This document shows, in pieces, positions 49,070-62,642 of a DNA stretch of 64,000 bases; within the stretch, counting starts at the first letter, position 1; each line of letters opens with the position of its first letter. This DNA comes from Lama glama (taxonomy: Eukaryota). The position numbers and the translations under genes are program-made. Location of the stretch: positions 4,280,001-4,344,000 of the forward strand of contig CM052818.1 in the NCBI GenBank assembly GCA_028534125.1, given 5' to 3'. The notes beneath the pieces are model-generated. The model was given only the letters and a program-made list of their open reading frames with translations, ran no database searches and was not told the DNA's origin.

Positions 49070-51602
49070 ATATATTCAATTCAATTCACTCGACAAATGT
49101 TTATTGCCTATTACAGACCCACCAAGGACGCCGAACTCCGCAGCAGATACAAGAAAAACACACACAACACAGTGTCCCTCCTCATCAGAGAATCTACACG
49201 TGGTAGAGGAACTAGATATTTCATTCAGCATCATAGCAGAATGAATTACAGAAAAAATAATTATATTGACTATAACCCAATATCATTCATCCTCAAACTT
49301 GCTACAGCCCCAAATAGAATTATTTCCTCTGGGATGGGAGGAGTGGGGAGAACTAGTGGAGAGAGCGGGGACTGACCTCCAGTTGGATGCAGCTGCTTCC
49401 CACCTGTGAGGTGTGGAGCACAGGTGTCCTTTTTTGAGATGAGCTTTTTACACGGGTTAACCCTGGCTGACTCCCAGCAGTAGACACAAGGTGCTTTAGT
49501 TTTGTGGTACTTAAAAAGGAGATTTTTGAAAATTTCTTGGGTGATTCTGATATGAACCAGAGTTATAAACCACTGAGATAAGAGATGGGAAACATTAAAG
49601 GGGGCTGTCAATTCAAGTCAAAGAGGTTTTTGTCCCCTCTCCCTCCCCTCAAAATCAGGGGGGAGAAAATTGAAAAAGAACAAAATTCCTCAATACACAA
49701 AGATTTCCATTTTCCTCGTGTTAAAAGGAGGCTTATAAAGATGACAATTTACAGAGTGGTATTTTGATAACAGGATAAATTAACATTTAAGAAAAAGGTT
49801 AACTCTGTGGTTCTTAGCCTTGACCAGACATCAGAATCTCTTTGGGATCCGTAAAATCCAGAGACCGATTTAATTGGCCTGGGATGCAATTTTAACAGAC
49901 CCTGGTTGGATTAAAATACACACCAATGGGCTAGGTAAGGCTAAACTGTGCCTGTCAAAGGCCACGCAAGGGAAGGCAAAGGATAACACGGAAGTACGCC
50001 TGCTTCTAGCCCCCATTATCCTCAACCCACACTCACACCCATTACCTCATCCAACTTTTGACCATCAGCATCTCCGTTAGGTCCTTTGCCCAGACGTGAC
50101 TCCAGTCCAGCCTGGACTTTGTCTACCCCCTTTTCAACCTTCATTTTCAGTTTCCTCAGGGTTCTACCCTAACCTAAGCCTTGTCAGAGCATCAGGCAAA
50201 GTCATTAATAGCAGATGCCAATCTAAAATTATAGATGGAATGAACAAAATAAGGAGAAGATGCAATGTCCTCCCTAGTTACTTCTGCCTTAACAGCCACC
50301 TTTCAGCACCTGTAGTCAAAGAGCTAGGAACATTGGAACGTTCGTCAGAGCCAAAGAGGAAGCAAGTGATGGGCAAACTCTGCCTACAGGCAGCTTCTAT
50401 GCTTGGCCTTTAATTTAGTTAGTGGGCACCTTGTCATAAGAGTTATTAGAATAGTCTGTGAATTCTTCCAAACCCTTGCAGGATTGTTTCTTAGGACACT
50501 GTTCTCTCAAAATACCTGATATTAAGGTAAGCTTTCCACCCTAATGCCCCACCTCCCCGTATCTGTACTTAATCTCAATTAACCCAAAGTCCTCCTTTTT
50601 AAATGCAAGTACATGCTCAACCTTGGGTCTTCCCTCTTCACCCTGGAAGTTCAGGGTCCTATTACAAGTCAAATCTCTCAGTCCCATGGGACCTTTAGAC
50701 AATGCACAGAAATCTCCTAATAGCAACCAGACTCTTTCTGTTGTATACTGAGCAGTGCCTTTATGACCGCGCACAGCACAGCCACGAAGCAAGACCTTGG
50801 CCTCAGAAAGCAGCTTTGGCTTCTATGACAACATATGCAAGCATTAGCTGTTTCACCCTGAAAATCCCCGTGTTCCCCTGTTACTTCTTCCTCTACAAGG
50901 GGCTGGCCCCAGCTTCCTCACTCAGCTCCAGCCCTTGTGTTGTCTTGGAATCCCATGCGTTGGTGCCTGGTAACTTACAGAGCTCTTCGGCTCACCGCAG
51001 CCCCTGCCTCCCAGACCAACAGTGGCTGGTACCCGTGGATACCTAGTGATGACTCCCCCCCAGGACTGAATCCATGCCCTCTGGCTGGATTTGACCTTTG
51101 TCGGCTGCTGCTCTTGCATAGTTGGCCTGAATTTGGTCTCACCGTGACCTTCCCACAGTCTGGAATGGTACTTCCTGGCTCTCAGTGGTTTATGGTGTTC
51201 CTCTTTTGGATGTGGCCCGTTTCCTGGTTACTTTGTGAAGTAGGGCTAGGCTGGTGGAAATACTTTTACTATGAAACATCTCCATCTTTTGGATGGCATC
51301 TCTTCACCAGTTGATATCCTCCAGCTAGTGAAAAGGTCAACATTTTCATTGAAACATGTATTTTCCCATGAATTGATAAAAGAGGTGTTTCCCTGTATCG
51401 AGAGGTGCTCCCCGCCTTGCCTGCCTCCGTTCTCCTGACCTGATGCCGCTGCGATCACCTCCTTAGCTATGTGTCTCATTTTCACTCAGTGAGTTTCATT
51501 TTCTGGTTGACTATTGGCCAAACAAAATACCGTCTGGTAATTTAGAAACAAAAGGGACCTGGGAAGGGAGAAAGGCTAGAAGGAAACAGTGGTGTCACTC
51601 AC

Positions 51603-51707
51603 CTGTTTGAGTAAACATCCCTGCTTGATAATGACCCCTCTGAATTCTTCTTTCAGAATCACATCATCATCACTGGAATTCTCTTCACAGAAGAACCCGC
51701 TGTCTGG
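51603..51707 (-). CDS. PLEK: Pleckstrin exon 6
   Basis: tag|PDSGFFCEENSSDDDVILKEEFRGVIIKQGCLLKQ|gtgagt; 105 nt. Confidence 0.97.
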
Positions 51708-53059
51708 CTATTGGGAAACCAAACAGCAAGTTTACTTTCCCAGTCTTAGACACAATGGCTCTTTTTACAGGCTACACCTCTCCCTCCCCTCCAGCCACTG
51801 GGGCAGGCGCCTTCTCCTTCCCTCTATGGTTCATACCCCAACCACAATTTGACAGTTGTCTTTGGGTAGCTCGCTTCCCCTCCCCTCATTTCTTATTTCT
51901 AGAGGCTTGTTTCTTGCTGTTAGAGGCTCTCTTGTCTCCATTCCAGTGCAGTCTTGTCAATATCCTTTCATTTTCTTGGTCTCCGAGCCTTACTTAAAGT
52001 CCAGCTCAGCACTTATCTTCCTTCAAACCCTTCCTTCTCTTGGGACCTCATGGCCACATCCGTGAGAGCAGAGCTGGCTAGCTTTTATGACACTGCACAA
52101 CCCAGTCTCTGGGATGACCTCGGCCCCTCAGCTCCTCCACTCTGAGAAGACCAAGAGCATGTGCCCGGCCACCTCTTCTGAGGGCAGGAGGGAACTGGGA
52201 CTTGCTCAAAGCGAAGAGAGCAATGAACTGCACAGAGGAAGAGGAGCCGCTGTGCTGGGTGTTTTTAGAATCCCACATTTAAATAGTTATAAATAACCGG
52301 ATCAAAATTCTGAAAAAAAGAAATTCTCACAGGGGAACTTCCCCCAAAGTGAAATGAAACTCTCTTAGGGACGTTCACTTCAATTTTGTAAGTAGCTTCC
52401 TTACTTTTGTGCTCTGACCTCAGATAGAATCAAAACTACCAAAAATCCCCCTAGAGATCCACTGTGGCCGGATTTCTCATGTTAACCCAAGATTAGGTCC
52501 ATATTCTATAAAATCGCGTTTCCCAGTCTGCGGTAAGCGTGCCACCCACGGGACGCAGGAGGGCTGGACGAGGGAGCACAGAGGGACACTTTTGTATGGA
52601 GTCACGTGCTCTAATGTCTGTGTGGAAACACACAGCTAGCACATTGTGATTTTGCACACCTCCCTCCAGAAAGGAAGCTCTCAGAGAGCCTTCATTTTTG
52701 CCTGTTATTTTTTTTTCCACTACTGTATCCCCTTTGTCTTGGTGAGTGCCTGCCATGCACTAGGGCCTAATACATTTTTATAAATGAATTATTGCTTAGA
52801 ATAAGAATAGATATGGCATCTTTTAAGTAAATAAAGAAAACCGTTCAAGTAAATAATATTTTCCTCTGAATGGACTCACTGGATGTGACAGGCATTGTAG
52901 AAGGGGACAACTGTCAGGTCAGGGACATGGAACAACTCTGTAGGGCTAAGCTCTATTTTTTTTTTTTTTTGCAATGCAGATATGAACTGAAATCAACCTA
53001 GAACCTGCCCGAGGCAGCCCCCATCCCAGGAGGAGTGGACGGGTGGCTCCCTCACTTAC

Positions 53060-53244
53060 AAAGTAGTAGAAGGCGTCGGGGTTGTCGAGGAAAGGGTTCT
53101 CAGCAATTCCGTCTGCAGCGTTCTTGGAGAGGTCCCCAGCGGGCTGCAGGTACCCTTCGTTGAGCAGGGAGGAGGCGATCATGAGGCCTTCCTGGCGATT
53201 CCGAACAGACTTGTTGGAAACTAGCCAGTCAATGACACAGTTAC
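53060..53244 (-). CDS. PLEK: Pleckstrin exon 5 (DEP domain)
   Basis: ccag|gt NCVIDWLVSNKSVRNRQEGLMIASSLLNEGYLQPAG...NPDAFYYF|gtaagt; 185 nt. Confidence 0.97.
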
Positions 53245-53439
53245 CTGGAAAGGACCATCAGAGGGAAGGTTAACTCTCTGAACCAAAGGACAAGTCACTG
53301 ACAGTCACCTCTGGAGACAGCTTCACAGCACCCAAGTATCTGATTTGTCTCATCTTCCCTGCTATTCCAAGAAAGAAAAATGGAATCAGTGAGATAGATA
53401 CCTGGAAAGAAAAGGAACCATGTGGAAAAAAGAACAAAA

Positions 53440-53465
53440 GGAAAAAAGAGAGAAAGAGAGAATGA

Positions 53466-53505
<40 letters not shown>

Positions 53506-53606
53506 AGAAAGAAAGAAAGAAAGAAAAGAAAGAAAGAAAGAAGAAAGAAAGAAAGGAAGGAAGGGAGAGAGAGAGAGAAAGAGAGAAAGAAAGAAACAAA
53601 CAAACC
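53440..53606 (+). repeat. Compound (GAAA)n/(GGAA)/(GA)n microsatellite
   Basis: Directly visible. Confidence 0.95.
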
Positions 53607-53661
53607 AACCATCTACATGCTCCTTAAGGAGTAAGACATGCATAAAGAAATAGTTGTTAGC

Positions 53662-54134
53662 AGTACCATAAAAAATAACAAAATAATGCCGTTTGCAGCA
53701 ACATGGATGGACCTGAAGAATGTCATTCTAAGTGAAGAAAGCCAAAAAGAGAAAGAAAAATGCCACAAGATGTAGATTATACGTGGAATCTTAAAAAAAA
53801 CAAAAAGACAAACAAACTTATTTACAAAACAGAAACAGACTGACAGATATAGTAAACAAACTCATGGTTACTGGGGAGGGGAAACGGGCTGGGAAGGGAT
53901 AAATTGGGAGTTTGAGATTTGCAGATACTAACTACCATATATAAAATAGATAAATAACAAGTTTCTACTGTACAGCACAGGGAACTATATTCAATATCTT
54001 CTAGTAACCTATAATGAAAAAGAATATGAAAACGAATATGTGTATGTTCCTATATGACTGAAGCACTGTGCCGTACACCAGAAATTGACACAACACTGTA
54101 AACTGACTAGACTTCAATAAAAATATATTTAAAA
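53662..54134 (+). mobile_element. L1 3' end
   Basis: aataatgccgtttgcagcaacatggatggacctg ... ccagaaattgacacaacactgtaaactgactagacttcaataaaaa; diverged TSD aaagaaatagttgtta / aaagaaatcgttttta. Confidence 0.9.
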
Positions 54135-56199
54135 AAGAAATCGTTTTTACTAGCCCCCTCATTTATCCCATTAACAAGTGAGCATTTATTGAGCATCTGC
54201 TAAGTGCTAAGTACTGCCGTGGGTGTGAGGGGGCTCCCCCCGAGAAGCTAAAAGTAGATCTGGGTGATAAGTTAAGTGTTGTTAACGGGTGTTTTGTTGT
54301 GGGTCAGTGCAGCGGGGCTGCTGGGTCAAATCTGCAGGAAGGTGTGGAGGGGGTGCGCAGGGGGAAGGGTACTATGCATAACTCATCAGGAAAAGATTCA
54401 CAGAGGAAGTGACACTGAGTAGATGTTTGCCGAGCACCTACTCAGGCCGGGGCTGACAGGAACCAGCAGGAGCTGAGGCAACAGCAGTGTGAACAGTTAC
54501 ACGCAGGCATGAAGTCGTCCCGCTGGGAGGTGGAGGGAGGAGTTGGTGGAGAGAAGGCAAAAGAAGGCCAGAGAGAGAGGAAGACACAGGGTGAGGGGGG
54601 AGAGCTTTGATGGCACATTAAGAAATTTGGCAGTGGGGAGCCATTGCAAGTTTTTAAGCAGAAAACAACATGCTCGTACGTGTTTATGTCCTAAGTTAGA
54701 AATGGGTGACATCCCTTGCCCTAAATGTCACATCTTTGCAGGCGCTAGCAGGAACCCTGAGAAGTCATTCGATCAGAGAGGAGTGCAAGGAGAATAAAAG
54801 GACATTGACCCATCAACCGGGTTGTTAGCAGGCTAAAATGAAGCTTTGTATTACAAATATTCTGCACAAATGTAGCCAACCAGACAACATAACAGGTCCC
54901 AGGTCTTCAAAGCAAGAGCAGTAGGGTAAGCCATCCTTGAAACAAGAGTGAAAGAGGCTGACGAGTGCACCTTCCATGAATTTCATATACGAAAGGCTTT
55001 GCCCACCGTCCTTTCTCTAGAAGGATAAACTAATTATACTGCAGTTCAGCTTTAAATCCTTGCGGTGGCCCTGTAAAGGATGTAGGGCAGGAATTATATG
55101 TCTCCGTCAAGAATGAGAAAATCAAGACTCAGAGGGTTTGTGATCTTTGGCTTGAGTTACACCTGCAATGGACCTTCACTTAAGTGTTCTAACCCTGCAT
55201 TCCATATTTGTTCAGCTGGGCGTGCTGGCAGCTTGAAAGACAAGTTCAATCTAGTCTCCCTGTCACCTGACACTCAAGGTCCTCCGTCACATGCCTGAGT
55301 CCCAGTCTCTGCCACAGACTTGTCTCTCTGCTGAGATGGCCTGACTCCTACACCAAGGCTCAACTCCACCTCAATTTCTAGAGCCCACTCTGACCTTCAA
55401 TGGAAAGGACTTAAGAAGTTCAAGTCCAACACTCAGGACTCAGTAACAGGTTTCACAGGAAGTAAGACTCGCCTGGACGTTGTGCCCAGATCGACAGCAG
55501 AACCTCGCCCTTGTTTCCTTTTCCAGAGGCTCTGTCTTGGTGGCCTCAGTCCTGCTAGAGTTTGGGCCCTGTGCGCTCTTGTTGGTTTCCCTTACACGGT
55601 CCACAGCGTGGTACCCTGATCCCAAATCTCAGCCCTGAGTTCTCCGATGTTAATGGGCTGCTGCCTCGGCTGAGGGTGAATTCCCCCGGGATACCACCCT
55701 GCTCCGTCCAGGTCACACCCTGTATCCCGCCACCTTCCTGAGCTCGACTTCTACCATTTTGGTGAATTGTCTGTTGATTGAGCATCCCTTCGGATTCTGT
55801 GTCTGTTGCAACTTCTCAGAGTCTTCCTCCCTTGACCTCTACTATCACCATAGGTCAGCCACGTCTGACATCTGACAAACTAGCCCCAAAATGTATGTCC
55901 CATTTTCACCCCCACTGAACTTTCAACCCTACCAGGCTGGTCATTTTCTTTCCATAATGAATATTGTAGAAATCCCAGCCCCATAACTTTGTCCTCACCA
56001 TCCTCTGCTCAGCCTCCTGATCAGAATTCCTTCCCACAAATACTAAGTGAAATTCTACCCGTCTTTCAAGGTAAAATTTAGGCACCACCTTTACGCATCT
56101 CGACTACCCCTGAGTTCTCTCCCTTTCCTGACCTCACAGAATTGATCATCTGTGCAGACATGTGACTTCTTAATCATAATAACCATATTGAGAACTTGC

Positions 56200-56420
56200 A
56201 CCATATAGTACGTAGCTTGTGCCAGGTACTGTTCTAAGCACATTACAGTTACAGCAAGCGTTAAAGTAGGTGCACTATGATTGCCCCATTTGATATAGAC
56301 AAGGAGAGTGAAGCACAGAGAGCCTAAGTTATTGGCCTGTGGTTTTACAGCTAGCAAGTTGCAGAGATGGGATTTGAACCAAGGCAGTCTGGCTCCAAAG
56401 AACATGTCTGTAACCCCTAT
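56200..56420 (-). mobile_element. MIR SINE
   Basis: gtgccaggtactgttctaagcac...ccccatttgatatagac...gaagcacagagag...ggatttgaaccaaggcagtctggctccaaag. Confidence 0.8.
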
Positions 56421-56829
56421 ATCACCTACCTAAACTCACAGCACATCATGCCTGACCCTGTGCAGCCTCAGACATCCCTAATATTGTCACTTAGACCTTA
56501 CAGTGTGTATCTTGATGCCTGCGCATCATCTTATTCAACTCTGTGTCTATTTCTACGTACCGTCATTTATTGGGGCAGGAGGGGGAATGACTCTTTGACT
56601 GATACAGCTGGAACTTCAGAAATTTTATCTTGAACAACCAAGGTTTTTTTTTTTCCTACCTTTCTTTCTCTTCCCATGCTAAGGAAGTTCAATTATCATG
56701 TTCACCTGTCTGTGTTCCACGACCCCACCCTCCGACCACACTCCACATCCCCAACCCACACCTGAGGCCGAGCGAGAACCCCACACTGCCTGTCCCAGCC
56801 ACCCCACTTCACACCGCAGGGCTGTTTAC

Positions 56830-56921
56830 CTGTGAAGCAGTGATTAAAAATCTTCTTGTCTTTCTCCAGGTTCAATTCTTTCACCCCTTTCTCAGTGTCT
56901 TTCATGGACATATACAAGGCA
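56830..56921 (-). CDS. PLEK: Pleckstrin exon 4 (DEP start)
   Basis: gcag|t ALYMSMKDTEKGVKELNLEKDKKIFNHCFT g|gtaaac; 92 nt. Confidence 0.97.
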
Positions 56922-58239
56922 CTGCACAGACAAAAACAGACAGATAAGCAGGAACATTCCAGAACGGCCAGTCTGCTCTGGGTGTGAGCACAAGGTTTCC
57001 CCTCCCCAGGTGACCCCTGAGCCTAATCTCTCCTCTAGATCATAAATAGTTAAAGGGTAGAGTTCATACTTGCACACATCTGTGGCCTGCACAGCATTCA
57101 GCAAAATGTACTAGGAAGCTACTTAATGTCTCAAATTCATTCAACTCTGTTGATTTAACGTCTAGTGCCTGAGATGGAGAGTTGTCCCAGTTAGGCGCCA
57201 AACATTAAAGGTTCTCCAGCCGATTTTCTATACATATTCTTGATCTTTAAGGTCCCTCAGTCCTCATGTGCCAGCTCCTTAAGTGTCCTTCAAGAGGACA
57301 CTTCAAGCAACAAAACAGATGTGGTCACTTGACCACCCCACCCAGAGTAGGTGCCTCCTCTTGGGTCTTTACCAAAAAGCATCCTTGATAAGAGAAAGTG
57401 CTCATTCTCGCCAAGCTCGATGCACAAACTTCACCAAACTCCTGTGACCTGCCCAGTCCTGTGTTAAGCTTGCAGAGTCCCCTTCTAGGGACTCCCCGCC
57501 TCCCACATTTTGTAAACAGAGTTCTGGTTGGACACTTTAAGTAGCCAACATAGAATTCCTCCTGGCATGGCTCTTGTTTCAGGATATGTTCCCCATAAAA
57601 GCAATACTAGCAAAAAGTAAAGAGACTCCTAGGGAAAGGGGCTCATGTGATAACAACTTTGAGGCAACAACTTATCACCTGCAATTCCAGGCCAGTTATC
57701 ATCAGAGGTCATTAAACTAGGTCAGGGCACAAATGGCTTCTGCCCAGGATGGGTGTTCACCCTTGCTGAATACATGAACTTGAACTTGAACCTTCCCTAC
57801 CTGGACACATAGCTCCTGCCTTTTCCTACCTATAGATCCTGAAGGTGTCTTTTAAGATGAACTTATTATGGCTACTTCATAAATGCAATGATGCATTTTC
57901 TCTTACTCTCTCTGTTTCTGTCTCTCTCTCCCTCTCTCATCTCTCTCTGTCTCTCTCTCCGCCCCCCCACCCCTTTCTCTCTGCCAAGATTATTCAAAAT
58001 GAGGGTATTTAATCTCCATTAGCCTCTGATCCTCAGCTGCTGGGACTTGGAGAAGCCATGATCTCTCCTCCATACTCAGATAAACATCTTAGTACATCAA
58101 GCAACAGCACTAAGGATGGGGAGGGGTGGATACAGCCTTCCGAGGGGACTAAGGCGAGGTTTAGAGTGGGATATGTTGTGACATTTCCTCAAGCAGATGG
58201 GAGGAGAAGGGGTGAAGGGAAGCAAACACAGAAATTCAC

Positions 58240-58421
58240 CCTAAGTCGATGGTTTCTGGCAGTCGAATGGACCTCCTGGTGGATCTCCTAGCAAACTTCT
58301 GGCCTCCTTCAATGCATTTAATGGCCTTCTTGATGTCCCGAACCCAGGCATCTCTCTCCTCCAGGAAGGCTGCCTGGAAGAAGTGGTCCTGCTGTTTGGT
58401 CGTAGTGATCTTAAACACAAA
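58240..58421 (-). CDS. PLEK: Pleckstrin exon 3 (N-PH end and PKC phosphorylation linker)
   Basis: tcag|FVFKITTTKQQDHFFQAAFLEERDAWVRDIKKAIKCIEGGQKFARRSTRRSIRLPETIDL gg|gtgaat; 182 nt. Confidence 0.97.
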
Positions 58422-58643
58422 CTGAAATCAAAAGACATTCCATTAGGACTGACTCCTTTCAAGGTGCCGAGCTGCCTTAGGAAGCATGGTAGTTGAGTCA
58501 ACCACATTCTGGACACACTTGGCCAAGAGAAACCCAAATGGCCAGGGTGGAGTTAAGTGGTGGGGAGAGGGACCGGCCCAGGGAGCACCACTCATGTGTA
58601 GGCTCTGCATGGGCTCAAGGTGTTCGTTGGGACATCAACTCAC

Positions 58644-58799
58644 CATCCTTTTGCCAAAGTCCTGGCAAGGGCTAGTCAGAGTGCTTCCTTTCAGGGGAAT
58701 CATTCCTTTGGGGCTGTTGTCACTTTTCTTCTTATAGAATTCAATTCCATCTTCTAACAACACAACCCACATGGCTTTCCAGGTGTTGAACACGCTCCC
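58644..58799 (-). CDS. PLEK: Pleckstrin exon 2 (N-terminal PH domain)
   Basis: acag|GSVFNTWKAMWVVLLEDGIEFYKKKSDNSPKGMIPLKGSTLTSPCQDFGKRM|gtgagt; 156 nt. Exons 2-9 total 1011 nt, leaving 14 codons for exon 1 outside the window. Confidence 0.97.
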
Positions 58800-59944
58800 C
58801 TGTCATGACAATGAAAAGAGCTGAGTAACAATGTTTTCTAAAGCTCTTCTATGGATGGCACAGGACTTGGTGAATAGCCAAGCTTTGGCCAGCGTGGACG
58901 CAGGTGACCCACATTTGTGTGACCAGGCTGCTAGAAGAGAAGCCTTCAAGGGATGAAGGGAATGACATTCTGCTGGAACTTAAAAAAAGTAGATTTAAGA
59001 TGCAATGTGTACACATCTCATGGGCCGTTACCAAGGGGACTCTCCTTGTGCATTTCAGGCTGACTTTCTGTAGCTTATTTTCTGTCCCCAACCCTACCCA
59101 TTGCCTTCAGTTCAAATAGGTTCTCCCTCAAGTGCCAACTCAGTCTGAGCAGTAGCTGATGCCTGACGTTGGACTTTCTGGAAAAGGGCCACCATCAGTA
59201 GCTAGTGTCCACCATCAATAATGTCCACCATGGGCGTGGAGGCCATACATGACTAGCTGCAGTTACTTCCATTCTTTGCTCTAATCAGATTTTATCTGAA
59301 TACAAATGTCAAGAAGAAACTGAGAATACAGCCTTGTGTACAGGCATGACTAAGAGGTATGAAAAACACTTGCAGAATGCTGGAGTGATGTTGTCGTGTC
59401 AACGTGGCCTTTAGGAAAATCCTTACTTAATTAATTTTCAGTTTGGGTTAATGTCAACTCCTCCTTTAGCAACAGATAACCATTCTGACCACATCAAGGA
59501 AAGAGTAGACAAGTCTCTTTCTTGTCTATACTTTGAGAGGGCTTTGGAAGAGGAAGAGAATAGGGTTCTTTCCTTCTCCTCTTTGAACCCACGATGTCAC
59601 ACTGTCATGACTACTACAAAATAGAATTATCACCCAGTTCCCAGAAGATCCTGAAGTTTATCTGAAAATACAAACAGCCTCTATATAAAGGTCCAGTTGC
59701 CCAAAAGGAAGACTATTTACACAAAGAAGATAAATACTCATGGGACTGTCATTTTGCTTGTCCAAGCATTTCCTTTCTTTTAGTTACTAAAAAAAAATTT
59801 TTTTAATTAAAACACACTATCTCTTTTCTATACAAATGGAATAACTATCCATGCCAACACTGGGTTATTTCCATTTTTAGAAAAATGGGCAAGATCAGCC
59901 ATTATGCCAACACATGAAATAATTTCAATCAAATGTCTATCTGA

Positions 59945-60545
59945 GATAAATTCAGAATATAAAGAGCTCCTGCAAATCAATAAGAAAAAATACAATCTGT
60001 TCTTTAAAACAGCAAAAGACTGGAAGAGGTATTTCATTAAAGAGGATATTCAGAAAGGCTCTGAAAAGGTGTTCAACATCATTACTCATTGGGGAAATGC
60101 AGATTAAAACCACAATGAAATACCTTTCCCCACTCACTAGAGAATCTAAAAATTAAAAAGATTGAGGAAAGCAAAACTTGGCAAGGATGGTAACTGGAAC
60201 TTCCACACGTGACTGGCAGGAATGCAAACGGGTACATCTAATTTGGAAAACGGTAGAGAATGTTCTAATTTTTAGAAGATATATCTTGATGTATTTAGGC
60301 ATGAAGGGTGAAACTTATTCTCAGATATCTCAGCATAAAAATATGTACATATATTTATTTTAAAATACTCTGCTTCAAACTCCAAAAAAAAAAAGAAAGA
60401 AAAATATAGAGATAGGAAGAGACAAGGCAAATGTATCCATGCGTTAACAGTTGATAAATACAGGGAAAATGTATATAAGTAGTCTTACTATTTTTTTCCA
60501 TTTCTCTGTGGGTGTGAAATTTTTCAAAATAATTGGGAAAAATTA
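59945..60545 (+). mobile_element. Old L1 (L1ME-like) fragments
   Basis: cagaatataaagagctcctgcaaatcaataagaaaaa, gggaaatgcagattaaaaccacaatga. Confidence 0.75.
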
Positions 60546-61489
60546 ATAAATACATGAACAACACATGAAACTACTATATATTAAAATTTGGGATGCGCTT
60601 TTAGGGTAATATGTAGATAAGTCTAATAAAAAAGTTAAATAATGGAAAGTAATAAAAGATATATTCGCAGAGCTAGGTGTAAAAAGTTGGACTAAATGAC
60701 TGTTAAAAAGCCTTTCAAACTTAAAATTCTATATTCCACCTCAGATCTATCAAAGATTTATAACTGCCACAGTCACTCAGGGATTTTGACCTTGGAATCG
60801 GGATAAATTGGAAGAGGTTAGCCAGCAGTGCCCTCCTTCTGAGGACAATTAAAGTAAACCTTCTACGGAGCCAACAGTTCAAAGTGAGTCTGTGCTTTCC
60901 TAATTCAAATATAGCCTCAGGGTCTGGCTCAGTTGGAGAAGGATGTATCATTTGGGATTCAGGGCCATTATGCACATTGAGGAGGCTGATTCTCGGTACA
61001 AGAGAAATTGAGTAGCTCATAAAGGGAAACTTTCTTGGCAGTGGTTAGTTAGGTTTGGGTGATGGAATGATGGGTCATCTCTCTCCTCTCAGCCATCACT
61101 GCACCTGCTAGCTTCCCACTAGAGTAACCCGACAGCATCTCCCTTCTGCTGCCCCTTTATCTACCCATCTCCATCCTTAACCCTCTTGATGTTCACCCAA
61201 GAACAACCCGGAAGTGCAATCACTGAGTGCCGTGCTAGAAAGGCATTGACAGGCAACCACCAACACCCTCATCATACCAGTAAGAAAGCTGGGGACCAGT
61301 TAAGTGACTGAGCCTAGTACACCAGACCAGGTGATGTGGAACTGGGATTAAAATCCAGGTCTTCCCAATTGTGTGTTCTTTCCACTTCCCCTTAGATGCC
61401 ATCTTCCTTTTGATTCTCATGTAACTTTGAGTAATTCTGGAATCTAAATCAATTTTTAGGCCACTTAGCTACCTGTCTATCTATCTACA

Positions 61490-61680
61490 TAGCTATAAGT
61501 ATGTATTTTATATACGTATAACCTCATATATGTATGTGTGTGTATATATATAATCATAAAACATATCTAAGTCATAAATCACATCATAATATGATTATAT
61601 ATAATAGATACACTTTATATTATACATATATATATGCATAAGGTTTTATATATATATGTATATATATATATAGCATATGT
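61490..61680. repeat. AT-rich (TA)n low-complexity tract
   Basis: Directly visible. Confidence 0.8.
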
Positions 61681-62429
61681 CTTCTTTCTTTCATTATAAG
61701 TCAAAACCTATACAATTACAGTCAGAAGGGGCAGGTTTTAGATGTTGAGTCAGATTTAAAGTTTCCAAGTGAGTCACTGTACATCCTCATGGAAAGGGTA
61801 TAGTTAAGTGCGTGAACATCGCCTGACACCAAAAGAAGAAATCTGAAAGGATAAGCCGTTTGACCATATTAAAAAACTGAATTTCTCTACAGTGAAAAAC
61901 AAAAAAGAACAAAATAAACCTGAACAACTGAAAAGCAAATGAAACCGTGTGGATATTCACAACGTATTGTCGTATAATTAAAGGTGAATATTCTTACTAC
62001 ACTTTTCAAACTCTTGAGAATCACAAGTTTACAAATACATTTATAGATCAAATATATTTGCAAGAAATATACAAACCCTCTCAATTTTTTTTCGGTGGGC
62101 AAACAATAGAAAGAGGCAATTCTCAAAAGAAGAAATAGCTGGGTTTAACAGACAGAACAACAGACATCTTCAATAGCATTCAAAGAAATGCGAATTAAAT
62201 AAGGCAAGGTCTTACTCTTTCATAAGGTTTATAAAAAAGGTTTATAAAATATTTAGGCGACGATTTGGAGAAATGGGTATGGGAGGGGGAGAAAACAAGA
62301 AGCTCTATGAGTCAGCAGCTTGAAGTGGGCTGTCAAAAAACTAACATCACTCATGGGCTAGATAAATAGAAACATGGACTCTAAATGGAAGAAAGTAATG
62401 CTCTGACTCTAAATGGAGCATAACCAGTG

Positions 62430-62642
62430 GGTGACCATGGGCCCTGGAGCTGGATGGCCCAAACCCCAGCTCTACCACATTCCAGCAATGTGACCTTGAG
62501 GAAGGTTTTAAACCTCATTTTCTATATCTGGCAAATGGGAATAATGCTACTATTTCTTAGGATTACTGAGAGATTAAATAAAATAACCCATGTAAAAGCT
62601 GCTTAGGGCAGTATCTAGAACCTAGGAAGCCCTCAATAAATA
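62430..62642 (+). mobile_element. MIR SINE
   Basis: cccagctctaccac...tgtgaccttgagg...aaatgggaataat...gaggattaaata...ctcaataaat. Confidence 0.75.

Noticed and set aside
53270..53653. Phe/Ser/Leu-rich and Lys/Glu/Arg-rich ORFs (also 8342-8589)
   Set aside because: Translations of GAAA microsatellites.
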